DNA of 64,000 nucleotides, taken from an uncultured Desulfospira sp. (GTDB taxonomy: Bacteria; Desulfobacterota; Desulfobacteria; Desulfobacterales; Desulfobacteraceae). The DNA lies in assembly GCA_963663165.1 (NCBI GenBank), contig OY760175.1:1-64000 (forward strand), given 5' to 3'. The position numbers were made by a program, and so were the translations under genes. The notes under the pieces were generated by a model. That model did not search any database and had not been told where the DNA came from. It worked only from the letters and a program-made list of their open reading frames with translations. This document shows positions 28,854-39,081 of the stretch, one piece after another. Numbering within the stretch: position 1 is the first letter of the stretch; every line of letters begins with the position of its first letter.

Positions 28854-29912
28854 TTATTGCTGCCTGAGCGGATACGTGGCAACTTGTTCATACCGGGTCA
28901 GAATCTCGATCATGTCATTGTAAAATGCCCGGGCCGGAAGACCGCGTTTTTCAAGCTCGGCAATGTATTCCTCATGAATGGGCTGGGTTAAGGCTTTCCA
29001 TTTTGCCAGTTCCGCCGGGTCCAGTTTGTCATAGGTCCAGTCTTTTGCCAGTTCCCGGGCAGGGCCCTCGGCACTGTCAAACACATTGGCTTCCATCAGG
29101 GAGCCGGCCATGCCGCCGCATTTGGCCATGATCAGTTCCTGATCTTCTTTGGAAATTTTGTTCCAGGAATTGGTATTGGCCGCAATCCAGAACTGGTTGG
29201 TGTACAAGGGGACTTCGGTAATGTACTGTAACTTTTCTACCGGAATCTGGCTGAACGCTTCCCATACCGTGGTCACCCCGTCAACCACCCCTTTTTCAAT
29301 GGCCACATACAGTTCAGAAATACTGATGGAGACCGGTACTGCACCCAGACGGGTCATGGCATCGGCCGCCCTGGTGCCGGCGACTCTCAACTGGATGCCT
29401 TTGAGATCGTCCAGATTGTGGACGGGTTTTTTGTTGTTGATGACCATGGCGGGGCTGGTATTGCCGAAGTGAAGCAGTGTGGTTCCTTCATATTCCTTTT
29501 GCATCTCCGGATATTTCTCATACAGTTCCCAGAGCGTGGCGGCAGCGGCACTGGCATTGGGAAGGGGCAACAGGGGCAGGGATATCATTTCCGTTAAGGG
29601 GAACTGCCCGTTATTGTATGCGGTAACCCCTAACGCCATGTCGGCAACCCCGGTTTTGACCAGATCAAAGAAAGACGGGGCCTTGCCCAGGGTCTGGGCC
29701 GGAAAAATTTTAATTTTAACCCGTCCTTCAGTGATTTTTTCTACTTTTTCAGCCCATTTAACGTAAAACTCGGTATGATGCCATGAGGTTGGGGCGTTCA
29801 TGGTGGCATACTTGAGGGTGATCGGCTTGGCCGATGCGGTGCTGATTCCGATCAGGACTGCTGTGATGGTCAATATGCTGATAAAAAGTTTGGACCGATG
29901 AATTGTTTCCAT
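28854..29912 (-). CDS. TRAP substrate-binding protein DctP
   Basis: Signal peptide; TEGRVKIKIFP, DLKGIQLRV and IEKGVVDG motifs. Confidence 0.92.
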   Translation of the reverse strand: METIHRSKLFISILTITAVLIGISTASAKPITLKYATMNAPTSWHHTEFYVKWAEKVEKITEGRVKIKIFPAQTLGKAPSFFDLVKTGVADMALGVTAYNNGQFPLTEMISLPLLPLPNASAAAATLWELYEKYPEMQKEYEGTTLLHFGNTSPAMVINNKKPVHNLDDLKGIQLRVAGTRAADAMTRLGAVPVSISISELYVAIEKGVVDGVTTVWEAFSQIPVEKLQYITEVPLYTNQFWIAANTNSWNKISKEDQELIMAKCGGMAGSLMEANVFDSAEGPARELAKDWTYDKLDPAELAKWKALTQPIHEEYIAELEKRGLPARAFYNDMIEILTRYEQVATYPLRQQ

Positions 29913-29935
29913 TTACTGCCTCCTTGGGTGTTTAC

Positions 29936-30030
29936 ATGAAAATCTCACTAACAACCTTAAAAGACTCTCATTCTTTGTTTTGGACCGATGCCCGGTTAGA
30001 TCACCGAACTCGGACCATGACCGTTAAAAA
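29936..30030 (-). repeat. Family A repeat, copy 3
   Basis: Reverse-oriented diverged copy just upstream of the dctP RBS. Confidence 0.7.
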
Positions 30031-30283
30031 AAATTACATGATTCGTTAAACCACTATAAATTCAGCTGAACGCCGCCAGAGATGGTAAGGGGATCAGAAC
30101 GCTGTCCCTAGCGTCCTGAAAGAAACACCGTTAACATGAGAAGCGGCTTTTTTCCCGATATGTCCTCCTTGTTGTTTGTTCCCGTTTGCCAAAATGGTAC
30201 CCTGTCTGTTGCCTTTTTTGCGGCCTGTGCAGTGAATTCAATGGGTGACCCCGCTGTTGTTTCCTTTCCATTTGATACGTTTT

Positions 30284-30383
30284 TTTATAAACGGCCACGG
30301 GCCGCTTTGGTTATCCAACCAAGAGCCGCCCACAACAAATATTGAAAGTCTTCTCAGGACGTTAGTGAGACTTTCATATAAAA
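30284..30383 (+). repeat. Family A repeat, copy 4
   Basis: Near-identical to copy 1. Confidence 0.85.
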
Positions 30384-30553
30384 TGGAAAAGCTGCCGGGT
30401 TATGTCACGATTCAATCACTCAGGCACTACGGGTCTAGCAATATCTATACCGGTCCCTGATTTTTTTTATCTTCTTATAACAACCTGAAATTATGTTTAA
30501 TTTGTGTATAAAGGTCACAGCCTCCCAATGGAGAATTATGATATGTGATAATT

Positions 30554-31477
30554 TTATGATATATTATATTTTTCGGATATAATCCTGACCATCCGGTAAA
30601 CAGTTTCACACACCGGCAGGGACATCCCCAGTTCTTTGCCTGCCCGGACAGCTGCACCGTGAATGGCCTCCACTTCTGTGGGTTTTTGGGATTTGATGTC
30701 CTTGAACATGGAAGGCAGGTGCTCCCGGTGCTCCCGGAAGGCCATATTCAGGGTCGAAAGGATACGTTCCTGCTGAACCGGGATCTGCTTTTTTAACGCA
30801 ACGCCCACCACTTCCGCAACAAGGGCTTTGGATAGATCCCGTCCCATATCCGTATCTCCCAACTGGCCGACATTGATATTCAAGATGGACGTCAGGCCGT
30901 TCATGGCGGCGTTAAAGGCCAGCTTTTCCCAGATGGCCACGGAAACCTCGGGGGCAATCTCACATTCGAGCCCGCCGTCGGCAAATGCCTGACGAACATC
31001 ACCAAGCATGGGACGGTCCTTCCCGTCTGCAGTCATCATTTTGATGGTTCCCTGACCGGTGGAAGATACATGGCCGGGGCTTTCCAGATCGGCCGGATAG
31101 GTTGTAATCCCATGAATGATATTGGCAGGCTGGGTATATCCGCTGATTTTTTCCGTATGGCCGATACCGTTTTGCAGGGTCATAATGACGGTATCCGAAC
31201 CGATTAAATGAGTGACCCCCTGAAGGGCGGCCTCCGTATGGAAAGATTTCACCATGATCAGGATCAGATCCATTTTATCCTGCACGGCATCGGGGCTGCA
31301 TGCCGGTATCATGATTTGCATGGTTTTCCCGTCTTTACAGATTTCAAGTCCATGCGCATTGATGGCATCTATATGATCCTGCCAGGTATCGATCAGGGTT
31401 ACGTCGTGACCGCCCTGTTTGAGGTGTCCCCCAAAAAAACTTCCCATGGCGCCGGCGCCGACTACACCAATTTTCAT
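30554..31477 (-). CDS. Ketopantoate reductase family (PanE/ApbA) protein
   Basis: VVGAGAMGS, LQNGIG, WEKLAFN and SMFKD...TEVEAI motifs. Confidence 0.9.
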   Translation of the reverse strand: MKIGVVGAGAMGSFFGGHLKQGGHDVTLIDTWQDHIDAINAHGLEICKDGKTMQIMIPACSPDAVQDKMDLILIMVKSFHTEAALQGVTHLIGSDTVIMTLQNGIGHTEKISGYTQPANIIHGITTYPADLESPGHVSSTGQGTIKMMTADGKDRPMLGDVRQAFADGGLECEIAPEVSVAIWEKLAFNAAMNGLTSILNINVGQLGDTDMGRDLSKALVAEVVGVALKKQIPVQQERILSTLNMAFREHREHLPSMFKDIKSQKPTEVEAIHGAAVRAGKELGMSLPVCETVYRMVRIISEKYNIS

Positions 31478-31508
31478 ATCCGGTTCTCCTCTTTAAATTG
31501 ATAACGCT

Positions 31509-33629
31509 CTAAATTGATAACCCGATCTGGGCTCCTTCCCGGACGGCATCAACAATGAGCCCGGGGTTTTTGCAGCTGCCGATAACATGGATTTCACTGG
31601 CCAGTCCGGTAAACGAGTCAATGGTTTCAAAGGCAGGACTCCAGTCCTGGGTGGTAATGACATTTTTGCCCGGCAGAATAAGTTTGCGTTGATCCTTGAG
31701 GCTGATTTCAACCCCTTTGGGGTCAATGCGCTCATAATTCACCCCGGACCAGACAGAGACGCCTTTTTGTTTAAGCCAGGGCCAGAGGTTTTCCAGATCG
31801 TCAATGGTCATTTTGTCACCAAGTTCATCCGCAGCGCCATTATGGGCCATGATCACCCGGCGTCCCCGTTTGGTCAAAAATTCCGCCAGTTCACAGCCGT
31901 GAAGCGTGCCGCCAAGGACCACCACACTGCCGGCCACCGGCATCCAGAGTTTGGTTAATTTGGCAATCTGTGCCGATGACAGGAATTTAAGCATGAAACT
32001 TAAGGTATTGTGCAGTTTGGCCGTATCCACCACCATGGCACTGTCTGCCCCGGGAAGGTCAAACGGAGCGTGGGCCGCCCCGGTCGCAATGATCAGGGCA
32101 TCGGGGTGTTCCTGTTTTATGTTATCGGGGGTGATCTCGGTGCCCAAACGGACCGTTACCCCTTCCTTTTTAAGCTGTGTTGCAAGATAGCGGACAAACA
32201 AGGTCAGGTCATCGGTCTCAAGATCCTTGACAATGGCCGCTAAAGGGACAAGTCCGCCCAGATAAGTGCGCCGCTCAACCAGGGTGACCTGATGGCCGCG
32301 CCGGGCTGCCTGCCGGGCCGCTTCCATGCCGGCAGGCCCCCCGCCAATGACCATAATTCTTTTCTTTTTCTTGACGCTTTGGGGCTGATATTCCGGCAGA
32401 AGCTCTCTGCCCAAGGTGGCATTCACCCGGCATTCAAGCCGTTTGTTCTTGTTTCGCATATCAAAGCAGTGAAGGCAGCCGTTGCACCAGCGGATGTCCT
32501 CAAGGCGTCCCGCTTTGGCTTTATTGGGAAGGTCCGGATCCGCCAGCAGCCGCCGGGTCATGCCCACAAAATCAAGGCTGCCTTTTTGCAGATATTCTTC
32601 TCCCAGCACCGGATCAAGCCGGCAGGCGGTCCAGACGGGAATTTTTACCCCCCGGGCCTTGACGGCTTCCACTAAAGGAACCGATGCGCCCCGGCCGCCC
32701 CGGCTCCAGTCATAGTCTTTGGGCAGGTCGTGGGGGGGCTCGGGATAAAGGATCCGGTCCGGCTGAATCAGGCCGCCCCGGTGGCCGTAACGCTCTCCGC
32801 GCAGGTTAAGGCCGTCGGCAACCTGGGACACCAGGTATGCCATCTCCACCCCTTCTTCCAAGGTGGTGGCCAACGGATGATTGTATTCCACGGCGTTCAT
32901 GATGACATGGACGGCAAAGTCCGGGCCGCACCGCCGTTTGGCTTCTTCAATACACCGTCTCAGAAACCGTGTCCGGTTTTCAAAATTCTGGGGACCGTAT
33001 TCGTCGGTTCGTTTATTCCATATCCGGGACAGGAAGGTGTTTCCCTGGTGGGCGGTGCCATGGTTGATCTCACAGGCATCAAACCCGGCCCGACACGCCC
33101 GTTCCGCCGCGCTGGCCCACAGGTCAATCTGTTCTTCTATTTCTTCAGCGGTATATGCCTCGCATGGGTTAAAGTCCGGGCCGGGAAGTTCCTCTTTGGT
33201 TAATGTTGAGGCGGCTTTGGTCTCCCGGATGGACATATCACTGGGCAACAGCCCGGTGGGATTCCAGGGGCCGGCATGCTGGAACTGGATGGACATCTTG
33301 CAGTCGTAGCGATGGCAGGCATCGGTCAGTTTCTTAAAACCGGGAATCAGGCGGTCATCGTCAAAATGAAGCTGGACCCCTTCGTAACTGCCGTCTTCAA
33401 AATAATGGATGTGCTGAATGCCCAAGGGGTATTCCGTACCGCAGGACTCCACCACAAGAAATCCGACGCCGCCTTTGGCCAGACGTTCGTAATAGGCAAT
33501 CATCCGGTCGCCGCAGGTCTGATCATCGTCCATAAACGATGTGCCGTTGGCGGTTTTGATGATCCGGTTTTTAACCTTGACCGGACCGATCATACCCGGC
33601 TCAAAAAGTTTTTTTAAAGTGTGTGACAT
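31509..33629 (-). CDS. NADH:flavin oxidoreductase (Old Yellow Enzyme / enoate-reductase type, Fe-S + FAD)
   Basis: NKRTDEYG...ENRTRF, CNGCLHC...C and IGGGPAGMEAA motifs. Confidence 0.9.
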   Translation of the reverse strand: MSHTLKKLFEPGMIGPVKVKNRIIKTANGTSFMDDDQTCGDRMIAYYERLAKGGVGFLVVESCGTEYPLGIQHIHYFEDGSYEGVQLHFDDDRLIPGFKKLTDACHRYDCKMSIQFQHAGPWNPTGLLPSDMSIRETKAASTLTKEELPGPDFNPCEAYTAEEIEEQIDLWASAAERACRAGFDACEINHGTAHQGNTFLSRIWNKRTDEYGPQNFENRTRFLRRCIEEAKRRCGPDFAVHVIMNAVEYNHPLATTLEEGVEMAYLVSQVADGLNLRGERYGHRGGLIQPDRILYPEPPHDLPKDYDWSRGGRGASVPLVEAVKARGVKIPVWTACRLDPVLGEEYLQKGSLDFVGMTRRLLADPDLPNKAKAGRLEDIRWCNGCLHCFDMRNKNKRLECRVNATLGRELLPEYQPQSVKKKKRIMVIGGGPAGMEAARQAARRGHQVTLVERRTYLGGLVPLAAIVKDLETDDLTLFVRYLATQLKKEGVTVRLGTEITPDNIKQEHPDALIIATGAAHAPFDLPGADSAMVVDTAKLHNTLSFMLKFLSSAQIAKLTKLWMPVAGSVVVLGGTLHGCELAEFLTKRGRRVIMAHNGAADELGDKMTIDDLENLWPWLKQKGVSVWSGVNYERIDPKGVEISLKDQRKLILPGKNVITTQDWSPAFETIDSFTGLASEIHVIGSCKNPGLIVDAVREGAQIGLSI

Positions 33630-33672
33630 GCTGTTCTCCGTAGCGGGTTTGAAAATTATTTTAAATTATGGT

Positions 33673-34602
33673 TCATGTTGTCTGTAAAAACTGGTTTACA
33701 ATGGTATTGGCTTTTTGCAGGGTTTCAATGGAACGGTTGAGCATGATCTGCTCATCATCAGCCAGCGCACATTCTACAATGCCTGTTATCCCCTGGCGTG
33801 TTAATTTCACCGGCACGGACATGCTCAGGTCTTTAATTTTGTATTCGCCGTCCAGTATGGCCGAACAGGGCAGGATGGTCTCTTTGTCTGTCACAATGGC
33901 CCGGACCATCTGTTCAAGGCCCACAGCGCAGGTCCAGCCGGCGGTGCGCCCGGCCTGAAACGCTTCGTACCGGGATAGAATGGTGGGGATGGTCTTGTAG
34001 ACACAGCGTTTAATATCTTCGGATACCAAGACAGGGTCATCCTTGATCTTGACGGACGAAAACAAGGGCACCTGGGTGCTGCCGTGTTCACCAATGACCG
34101 TGCCCTCGACCTGGCTGACCGGTACATTAAAGTTTTCGGCAATGATTTCCCGAAAGCGGAAAGAATCATTAATGGAATATCCGATGAGCTGCCGGCGGTC
34201 AAACCCCGTCATCCGGAAGGTGGCATAGTTGAGCGGGTCCACCGGGTTTGTTGCCGTGATGACAATGGCATTGGGACAGTGGGCTTTGATCTGTTCTGCG
34301 ATATTGGAAATAATGGACAGGTTCTTGGGCAGCATTTCCATGCGGTCCTTAATCAGTCCCTGGGCCGCCCCGGCAGCGTTAATTACGATGTCACTGCCCG
34401 GCAGGTCGTTGTAATCACCGGCATAAATCCGGATATTTTTACAAGAGAATGCCGTAGAAAGATCCATGGCATGCTGTTTGAGAACATTCTGCCGGCTGCC
34501 GCCGATCATCAGGATTTCATCGGCCAGGCCTTGGGCCGAAAGATAAAATACGGCAGGAGCGCCCACGCTGCCGGCTGCACCAATAATGGCAATCTTCATC
34601 AT
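33673..34602 (-). CDS. Lactate/malate dehydrogenase family protein
   Basis: IIGAAGSVG, ATNPVD, DSFRF and IGEHG motifs. Confidence 0.9.
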   Translation of the reverse strand: MMKIAIIGAAGSVGAPAVFYLSAQGLADEILMIGGSRQNVLKQHAMDLSTAFSCKNIRIYAGDYNDLPGSDIVINAAGAAQGLIKDRMEMLPKNLSIISNIAEQIKAHCPNAIVITATNPVDPLNYATFRMTGFDRRQLIGYSINDSFRFREIIAENFNVPVSQVEGTVIGEHGSTQVPLFSSVKIKDDPVLVSEDIKRCVYKTIPTILSRYEAFQAGRTAGWTCAVGLEQMVRAIVTDKETILPCSAILDGEYKIKDLSMSVPVKLTRQGITGIVECALADDEQIMLNRSIETLQKANTIVNQFLQTT

Positions 34603-34760
34603 GCCTCCCTTCAAATTGTTTTAGTTGAATACTGAAGACTGTATACGGTACCCCAGATAAAAAGACAAGGAAAATTTTCTGCCGGAATTAAAAAAACAGG
34701 TGTTCCTGCAAAAGAAAAGGCGGCGGCAAATACGATCGCCGCCTTAACGGATGCGGTTAA

Positions 34761-36141
34761 GGGCCTCAGAAAAATTAATATCCACAATTCCATAGTCTGA
34801 ATTCTGATTTCTATAGACAACATGGAATCGATAGTTTATGGTCAACATGGAAGATTACATAAAAAATACAGGAGGACCATGTTTGATCATTCTAAGCACA
34901 ATTTACCCAAAACTATATCGGAATTAACGCCACCACTAAAGGATTTTCTGAATACCACTCGAAGCAAATTAAAAGGCCATGAACGGCGCCAATTCATGGC
35001 ACGCGTTGTCTCCCTTATGGGGCACGGCGGACAACTAAAGGCTGAAAGAGAACTGGGTTGGGATCGGAAAACAATAATCAAAGGGCGACGGGAAATAGAA
35101 AGCGGAGTTACCTGTGTTGATAATTTTTCCGGACGAGGCCGGAAATCGTGTTTAGAACATTTTCCGAATTTAAAAGAGGACATAACTCGTATTGTAAACC
35201 CTATATGTCAGACTGATCCTACATTCCGTACCCAGAATTTATATTCCCCAATATCTGCGAATGAAGTATTCCGTCGATTAGTTGACGACATGGGATATGA
35301 CCCTGAGAATATGCCAACAGTACGGACTCTATCCACCATAATGAATAAATTGGGTTTTAAACTGAAGAAGGTCGCCAAAGCCAAGGTAAAAAAAAAATTC
35401 CTGAAACAGACATCATTTTTGAATATGTGCATAGGACAAACCAACTAGCCGATGAAACAGATGGCGTTTTACGTATCTCAATGGACGCAAAAGCCACTAT
35501 TAAAATAGGGCCTTATTCCCGAGGCGGATATAGTCGTTGCAATCTTAAAGCGGCGGACCATGATTTTAAACCCGATTCCCTTTTGAAACTTTTCGGTATC
35601 AACATACCTGCTCTGGATGAAAATTATATGTACTTCACTGAAAGCAACATCACCTCTGATTTCATGATTGATGCGCTGGAATCACTCTGGCCTTCTTTGA
35701 ACGCAAGATTCGCCCCACATACACTGGTGATCAATCTTGATAATGGGCCGGAAAATAGTAGCCGAAGGAGCCAATTCATTAGTCGCCTCGTGGACTTTGC
35801 CAAATCAGCATTTGTAAATATTAGTTTGGTGTACTATCCCCCGTACCACAGTAAATACAACCCAATAGAGCGAGTTTGGGGTGTTTTGGAAAATCATTGG
35901 AAAGGCGAATTGCTGAACAAAATTGAAAAGGTTCTCGGTCTATGTCGAACAATGACATGGAAAGGAGAAAATCCTGTCGTCAAATTAATCAAAGGTGTTT
36001 ACCCGACAGGGGTACGTTTGGTCAAGTCCGCCGTGAATAATATAGAAAACAAAATTATTCGGATTCCAGGGATTGAAAAATGGGCTGTTGATATTCCATG
36101 CTATGAGGAATGAATTGTGGGTTTTAATTTTACCACATCCC
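34761..36141 (+). mobile_element. ISAzo13-family element
   Basis: ~30-bp imperfect TIR GGG...AAAATTAA..CCACAATTC; 3-bp TSD TAA on both sides. Confidence 0.88.
34879..36113 (+). CDS. ISAzo13 transposase, two ORFs joined by a -1 frameshift
   Basis: A10 run at 35388-35397; the -1 frame continues KKIPETDIIF...ISMDAK, LDNGPE, YPPYHSKYNPIER. Confidence 0.88.
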
Positions 36142-36177
36142 TAAGTTCACACTATAGGGGAATCAGGAGGGGAACAC

Positions 36178-36705
36178 TTAAGCGGTAAATTGTTTCATGA
36201 ATTCTTTTTCACTGATGATGTCTTTATTGGAGAATACCCGGTCCAGGTAGACTTTGCCGTTAAGGTGGTCAAATTCATGCTGGAAGATCCGGGCAATAAA
36301 CCCCTCATAGACGGTTTCCTCAAAGGTCATTTCCAGGGTCTGGAACCGGACCTTTATCTTTTTGTGCCGGGGCACCAGAGCCCGGATGCCCGGGATACTC
36401 AGGCAGCCTTCCCAGCCACTTTCCATCTCGTCGCCGGCCGATAGGATTTGGGGATTGATGACCAGCTGCCGGGGCAGATCCGGGGCATCCGGGTATCGGG
36501 CATTGGGTCTGGATGCCATGATAAACAGCCTTAAGGATTCGTAGACCTGGGGGGCGGCAATACCCACCCCGGCTGAGTCTGCCATGGTAGCGGCCATATC
36601 CTGTATCAGGGACGTTACCGCCGGTGTCCTGGGGTCTTCAATTTCCAGGGCCGTCTGCCGGAGGACCGGGTGGCCTAATTGGGCGATCTGCAATAGTCTT
36701 GGCAA
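36178..36705 (-). CDS. def: Peptide deformylase
   Basis: GVGIAAPQV, EGCLS and QHEFDHLNG motifs. Confidence 0.95.
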   Translation of the reverse strand: MPRLLQIAQLGHPVLRQTALEIEDPRTPAVTSLIQDMAATMADSAGVGIAAPQVYESLRLFIMASRPNARYPDAPDLPRQLVINPQILSAGDEMESGWEGCLSIPGIRALVPRHKKIKVRFQTLEMTFEETVYEGFIARIFQHEFDHLNGKVYLDRVFSNKDIISEKEFMKQFTA

Positions 36706-36741
36706 TGGGGATCTCCTTTAGAAATAAGGTTTACAGGCCTG

Positions 36742-37449
36742 TTATCCGCCAAGGTAGAGCCGCTTAACTTCGGGGCTTTCCAACAATTCCTGCCCTGTGC
36801 CGGTGAGCCGGTTCTGCCCTAGTTCCAGCACATATCCCCGGTGGCTGACGGACAGTCCTTTTCTGGCGTTCTGCTCTACCAGCAGCACCGATGCTCCGTT
36901 TTTGGATATATCCTTGATTTTTTCAAAGATCATATCCACCACAATGGGGGCAAGCCCCAGGGAGGGTTCATCCAGAAGAACCAGGTCCGGCTCCAGGATA
37001 ACGGCCCGGCTGATGGCCAGAAGCTGCCGTTCGCCGCCGGAAAGCTCCCGGGCAAAGGCATGCTGTTTTCTGTCCAGCAGATCAAAGGTTTCAAGGGCCC
37101 GGGCCACGGCCCGGGCAGCCCGGGACCGGTTCCGAATCAGGCCGGCGCTGATATCCAGGTTTTCCCGGACCGTCAGGTTGGGAAACACATTCAGCCCCTG
37201 GGGAATAAAGACCAGGCCCTGTTTGCCCCTTTGGGCAATGCTGTCATTGGTGATATCACGGTCTTTGAACACGACATTTCCCCGGGACGCCGGCAGCTGG
37301 CCGGCCAGGGTGCGCAGCACCGTTGATTTGCCGGCGCCGTTGGGTCCGATAATGCAGACAATTTCACCGTTATCCACCTCAATGTCCAGGCGGGACAGCA
37401 CCGGGGCATGGCCGTAGCCTGCCGTGATATCGGTCATGGTCAAGAGCAT
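36742..37449 (-). CDS. Branched-chain amino acid ABC ATPase (LivF-like)
   Basis: GPNGAGKST, LSGGERQ and DEPSLGLAP motifs. Confidence 0.92.
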   Translation of the reverse strand: MLLTMTDITAGYGHAPVLSRLDIEVDNGEIVCIIGPNGAGKSTVLRTLAGQLPASRGNVVFKDRDITNDSIAQRGKQGLVFIPQGLNVFPNLTVRENLDISAGLIRNRSRAARAVARALETFDLLDRKQHAFARELSGGERQLLAISRAVILEPDLVLLDEPSLGLAPIVVDMIFEKIKDISKNGASVLLVEQNARKGLSVSHRGYVLELGQNRLTGTGQELLESPEVKRLYLGG

Positions 37450-37450
37450 G

Positions 37451-38206
37451 TCAGGCTTCCTTTCCCAGGTAGGCCTCAATGACCTGCTCATCCTGGCGGA
37501 CCTGTTCCGGGGTGCCCGAAAAGATCAGGCTTCCTGAATCCATGACAAAGACCTCGCTGCACAGGTCAGACACCAGGGGGATGTTGTGTTCAATGATAAA
37601 AATTTTAATGTTCTGGTCCCGTAAATTTTTTAACACCGTCACCAGGCTTTTGATCAGGCTCGGGTTGATGCCGGCCGTGGGTTCATCAAGAATAATCAGC
37701 TTGGGGTCTGCCATGAGGACCCGGCCGATTTCCAGCAGTTTTTGCTGGCCGTAGCTCAGGTCCCCGGCCGGCGAACCGGCCATGCGGGTCAGGTTCAGGG
37801 TGTTTAGAACCGACAGGGCTTTTTCCTGGTTCTGTTTTTCCTGGCGCGCCACTTTGGATGGGGTGAAAAACAAAGGGAACAGGCGTTCTCCGGCCTGGCC
37901 GGGCACGGCCGCGCAAAGGTTGTCCAGAACCGAAAGAAACGGCAGGACCCGGGTTTGCTGGAAGGTGCGCACAATACCTTTCTGGCTGATGATATGGGGG
38001 GCAAGCCCGCTGATGGTTTCGTCTTTGAAGCTGATGCAGCCCTTGTCCAGTCCGTAAAATCCCGTGATCAAATGGAACAGGGTGGTTTTGCCTGAGCCGT
38101 TGGGTCCGATGAGCCCGGAAATGCCGGTTTTCCCAAGGGTAAAAGAGACATCATCCACAGCGGTGAGGCCCCCAAAGCGTTTGGTGATGCGGCTTAATGT
38201 CAGCAT
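37451..38206 (-). CDS. ABC ATPase (LivG-like)
   Basis: FGGLTAV, GPNGSGKTT, LSYGQQK and VIEAYLG motifs. Confidence 0.92.
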   Translation of the reverse strand: MLTLSRITKRFGGLTAVDDVSFTLGKTGISGLIGPNGSGKTTLFHLITGFYGLDKGCISFKDETISGLAPHIISQKGIVRTFQQTRVLPFLSVLDNLCAAVPGQAGERLFPLFFTPSKVARQEKQNQEKALSVLNTLNLTRMAGSPAGDLSYGQQKLLEIGRVLMADPKLIILDEPTAGINPSLIKSLVTVLKNLRDQNIKIFIIEHNIPLVSDLCSEVFVMDSGSLIFSGTPEQVRQDEQVIEAYLGKEA

Positions 38207-39078
38207 GGGTCTTTATACTCCGGTATCAGCCCTTCGGGGCGCTTGAGCATCATGATGATCAGGATCAGGCCGTAGGCCATGCCCTGGGTGGGGGCCACAA
38301 ACCGTGTATAGGCGGCCGGAATGGGAATAAACCGGACCACTTCGCCGAAAAAGATCACGGCAAAGCTGCCGATAATGGGGCCGATGTTGGTTCCCTTTCC
38401 CCCTAACACCACGCACAGCAGCACCAGGATGGTTTCCTGTAGCGAAAAGTCCGACGGGCTGATATAGGTGATGTAATGGGCCCACAAGGTCCCGGCAAGG
38501 CCGGCAAAAAACGAGCCTGCGGCAATGGCTTTGATTTTAAGGACAAGGGTGTTTTTGCCCAGGGCCTTTGCCACATATTCGTCTTCCCGGATCACTTTTA
38601 GTGCCCGGCCAAATGGGGATGAAGCCATTCTTTTAAGGACCGCAAACACCAGGATACCAAGGACCAGGGTCAATCCCAGAAAAAAGGGCAGGCTGTCCAC
38701 GCCCGAACCGGTAACGGCCGGCCGGGGAATGCCGGGAAGCCCCATGGGGCCGCCGGTAAGATCCCGGGTGTTTAAAAAGAACAGATGGGCCATTTCCGCA
38801 AATACAAAGGTGGCAATTCCGAAATAGTCCCCGGAAAGGCGCAGTGCCGGCAGGGCAAACAAGGCCCCGCAACCGCAGGCAAACACAGCGCCGGCAGCCA
38901 TGGCCGCGGGGACGGGCAGGCCGTTAATGCTCAACAGGGCCGATGTATAGGCCCCGATGCCGAAAAAGGCCACATGGCCGAAATTATAAAGGCCGGTGTA
39001 CCCGAGTTCCAGGTTCAAGGACAAGGCAAAGATGGAAAAGATCAGGCACAGGATCAGAATGTGCAATACATAATCCAT
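38200..39078 (-). CDS. ABC permease (LivM-like)
   Basis: FGHVAFFGIGAY, LRLSGDYF and SPFGRAL motifs. Confidence 0.92.
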   Translation of the reverse strand: MDYVLHILILCLIFSIFALSLNLELGYTGLYNFGHVAFFGIGAYTSALLSINGLPVPAAMAAGAVFACGCGALFALPALRLSGDYFGIATFVFAEMAHLFFLNTRDLTGGPMGLPGIPRPAVTGSGVDSLPFFLGLTLVLGILVFAVLKRMASSPFGRALKVIREDEYVAKALGKNTLVLKIKAIAAGSFFAGLAGTLWAHYITYISPSDFSLQETILVLLCVVLGGKGTNIGPIIGSFAVIFFGEVVRFIPIPAAYTRFVAPTQGMAYGLILIIMMLKRPEGLIPEYKDPC

Positions 39079-39081
39079 GAT

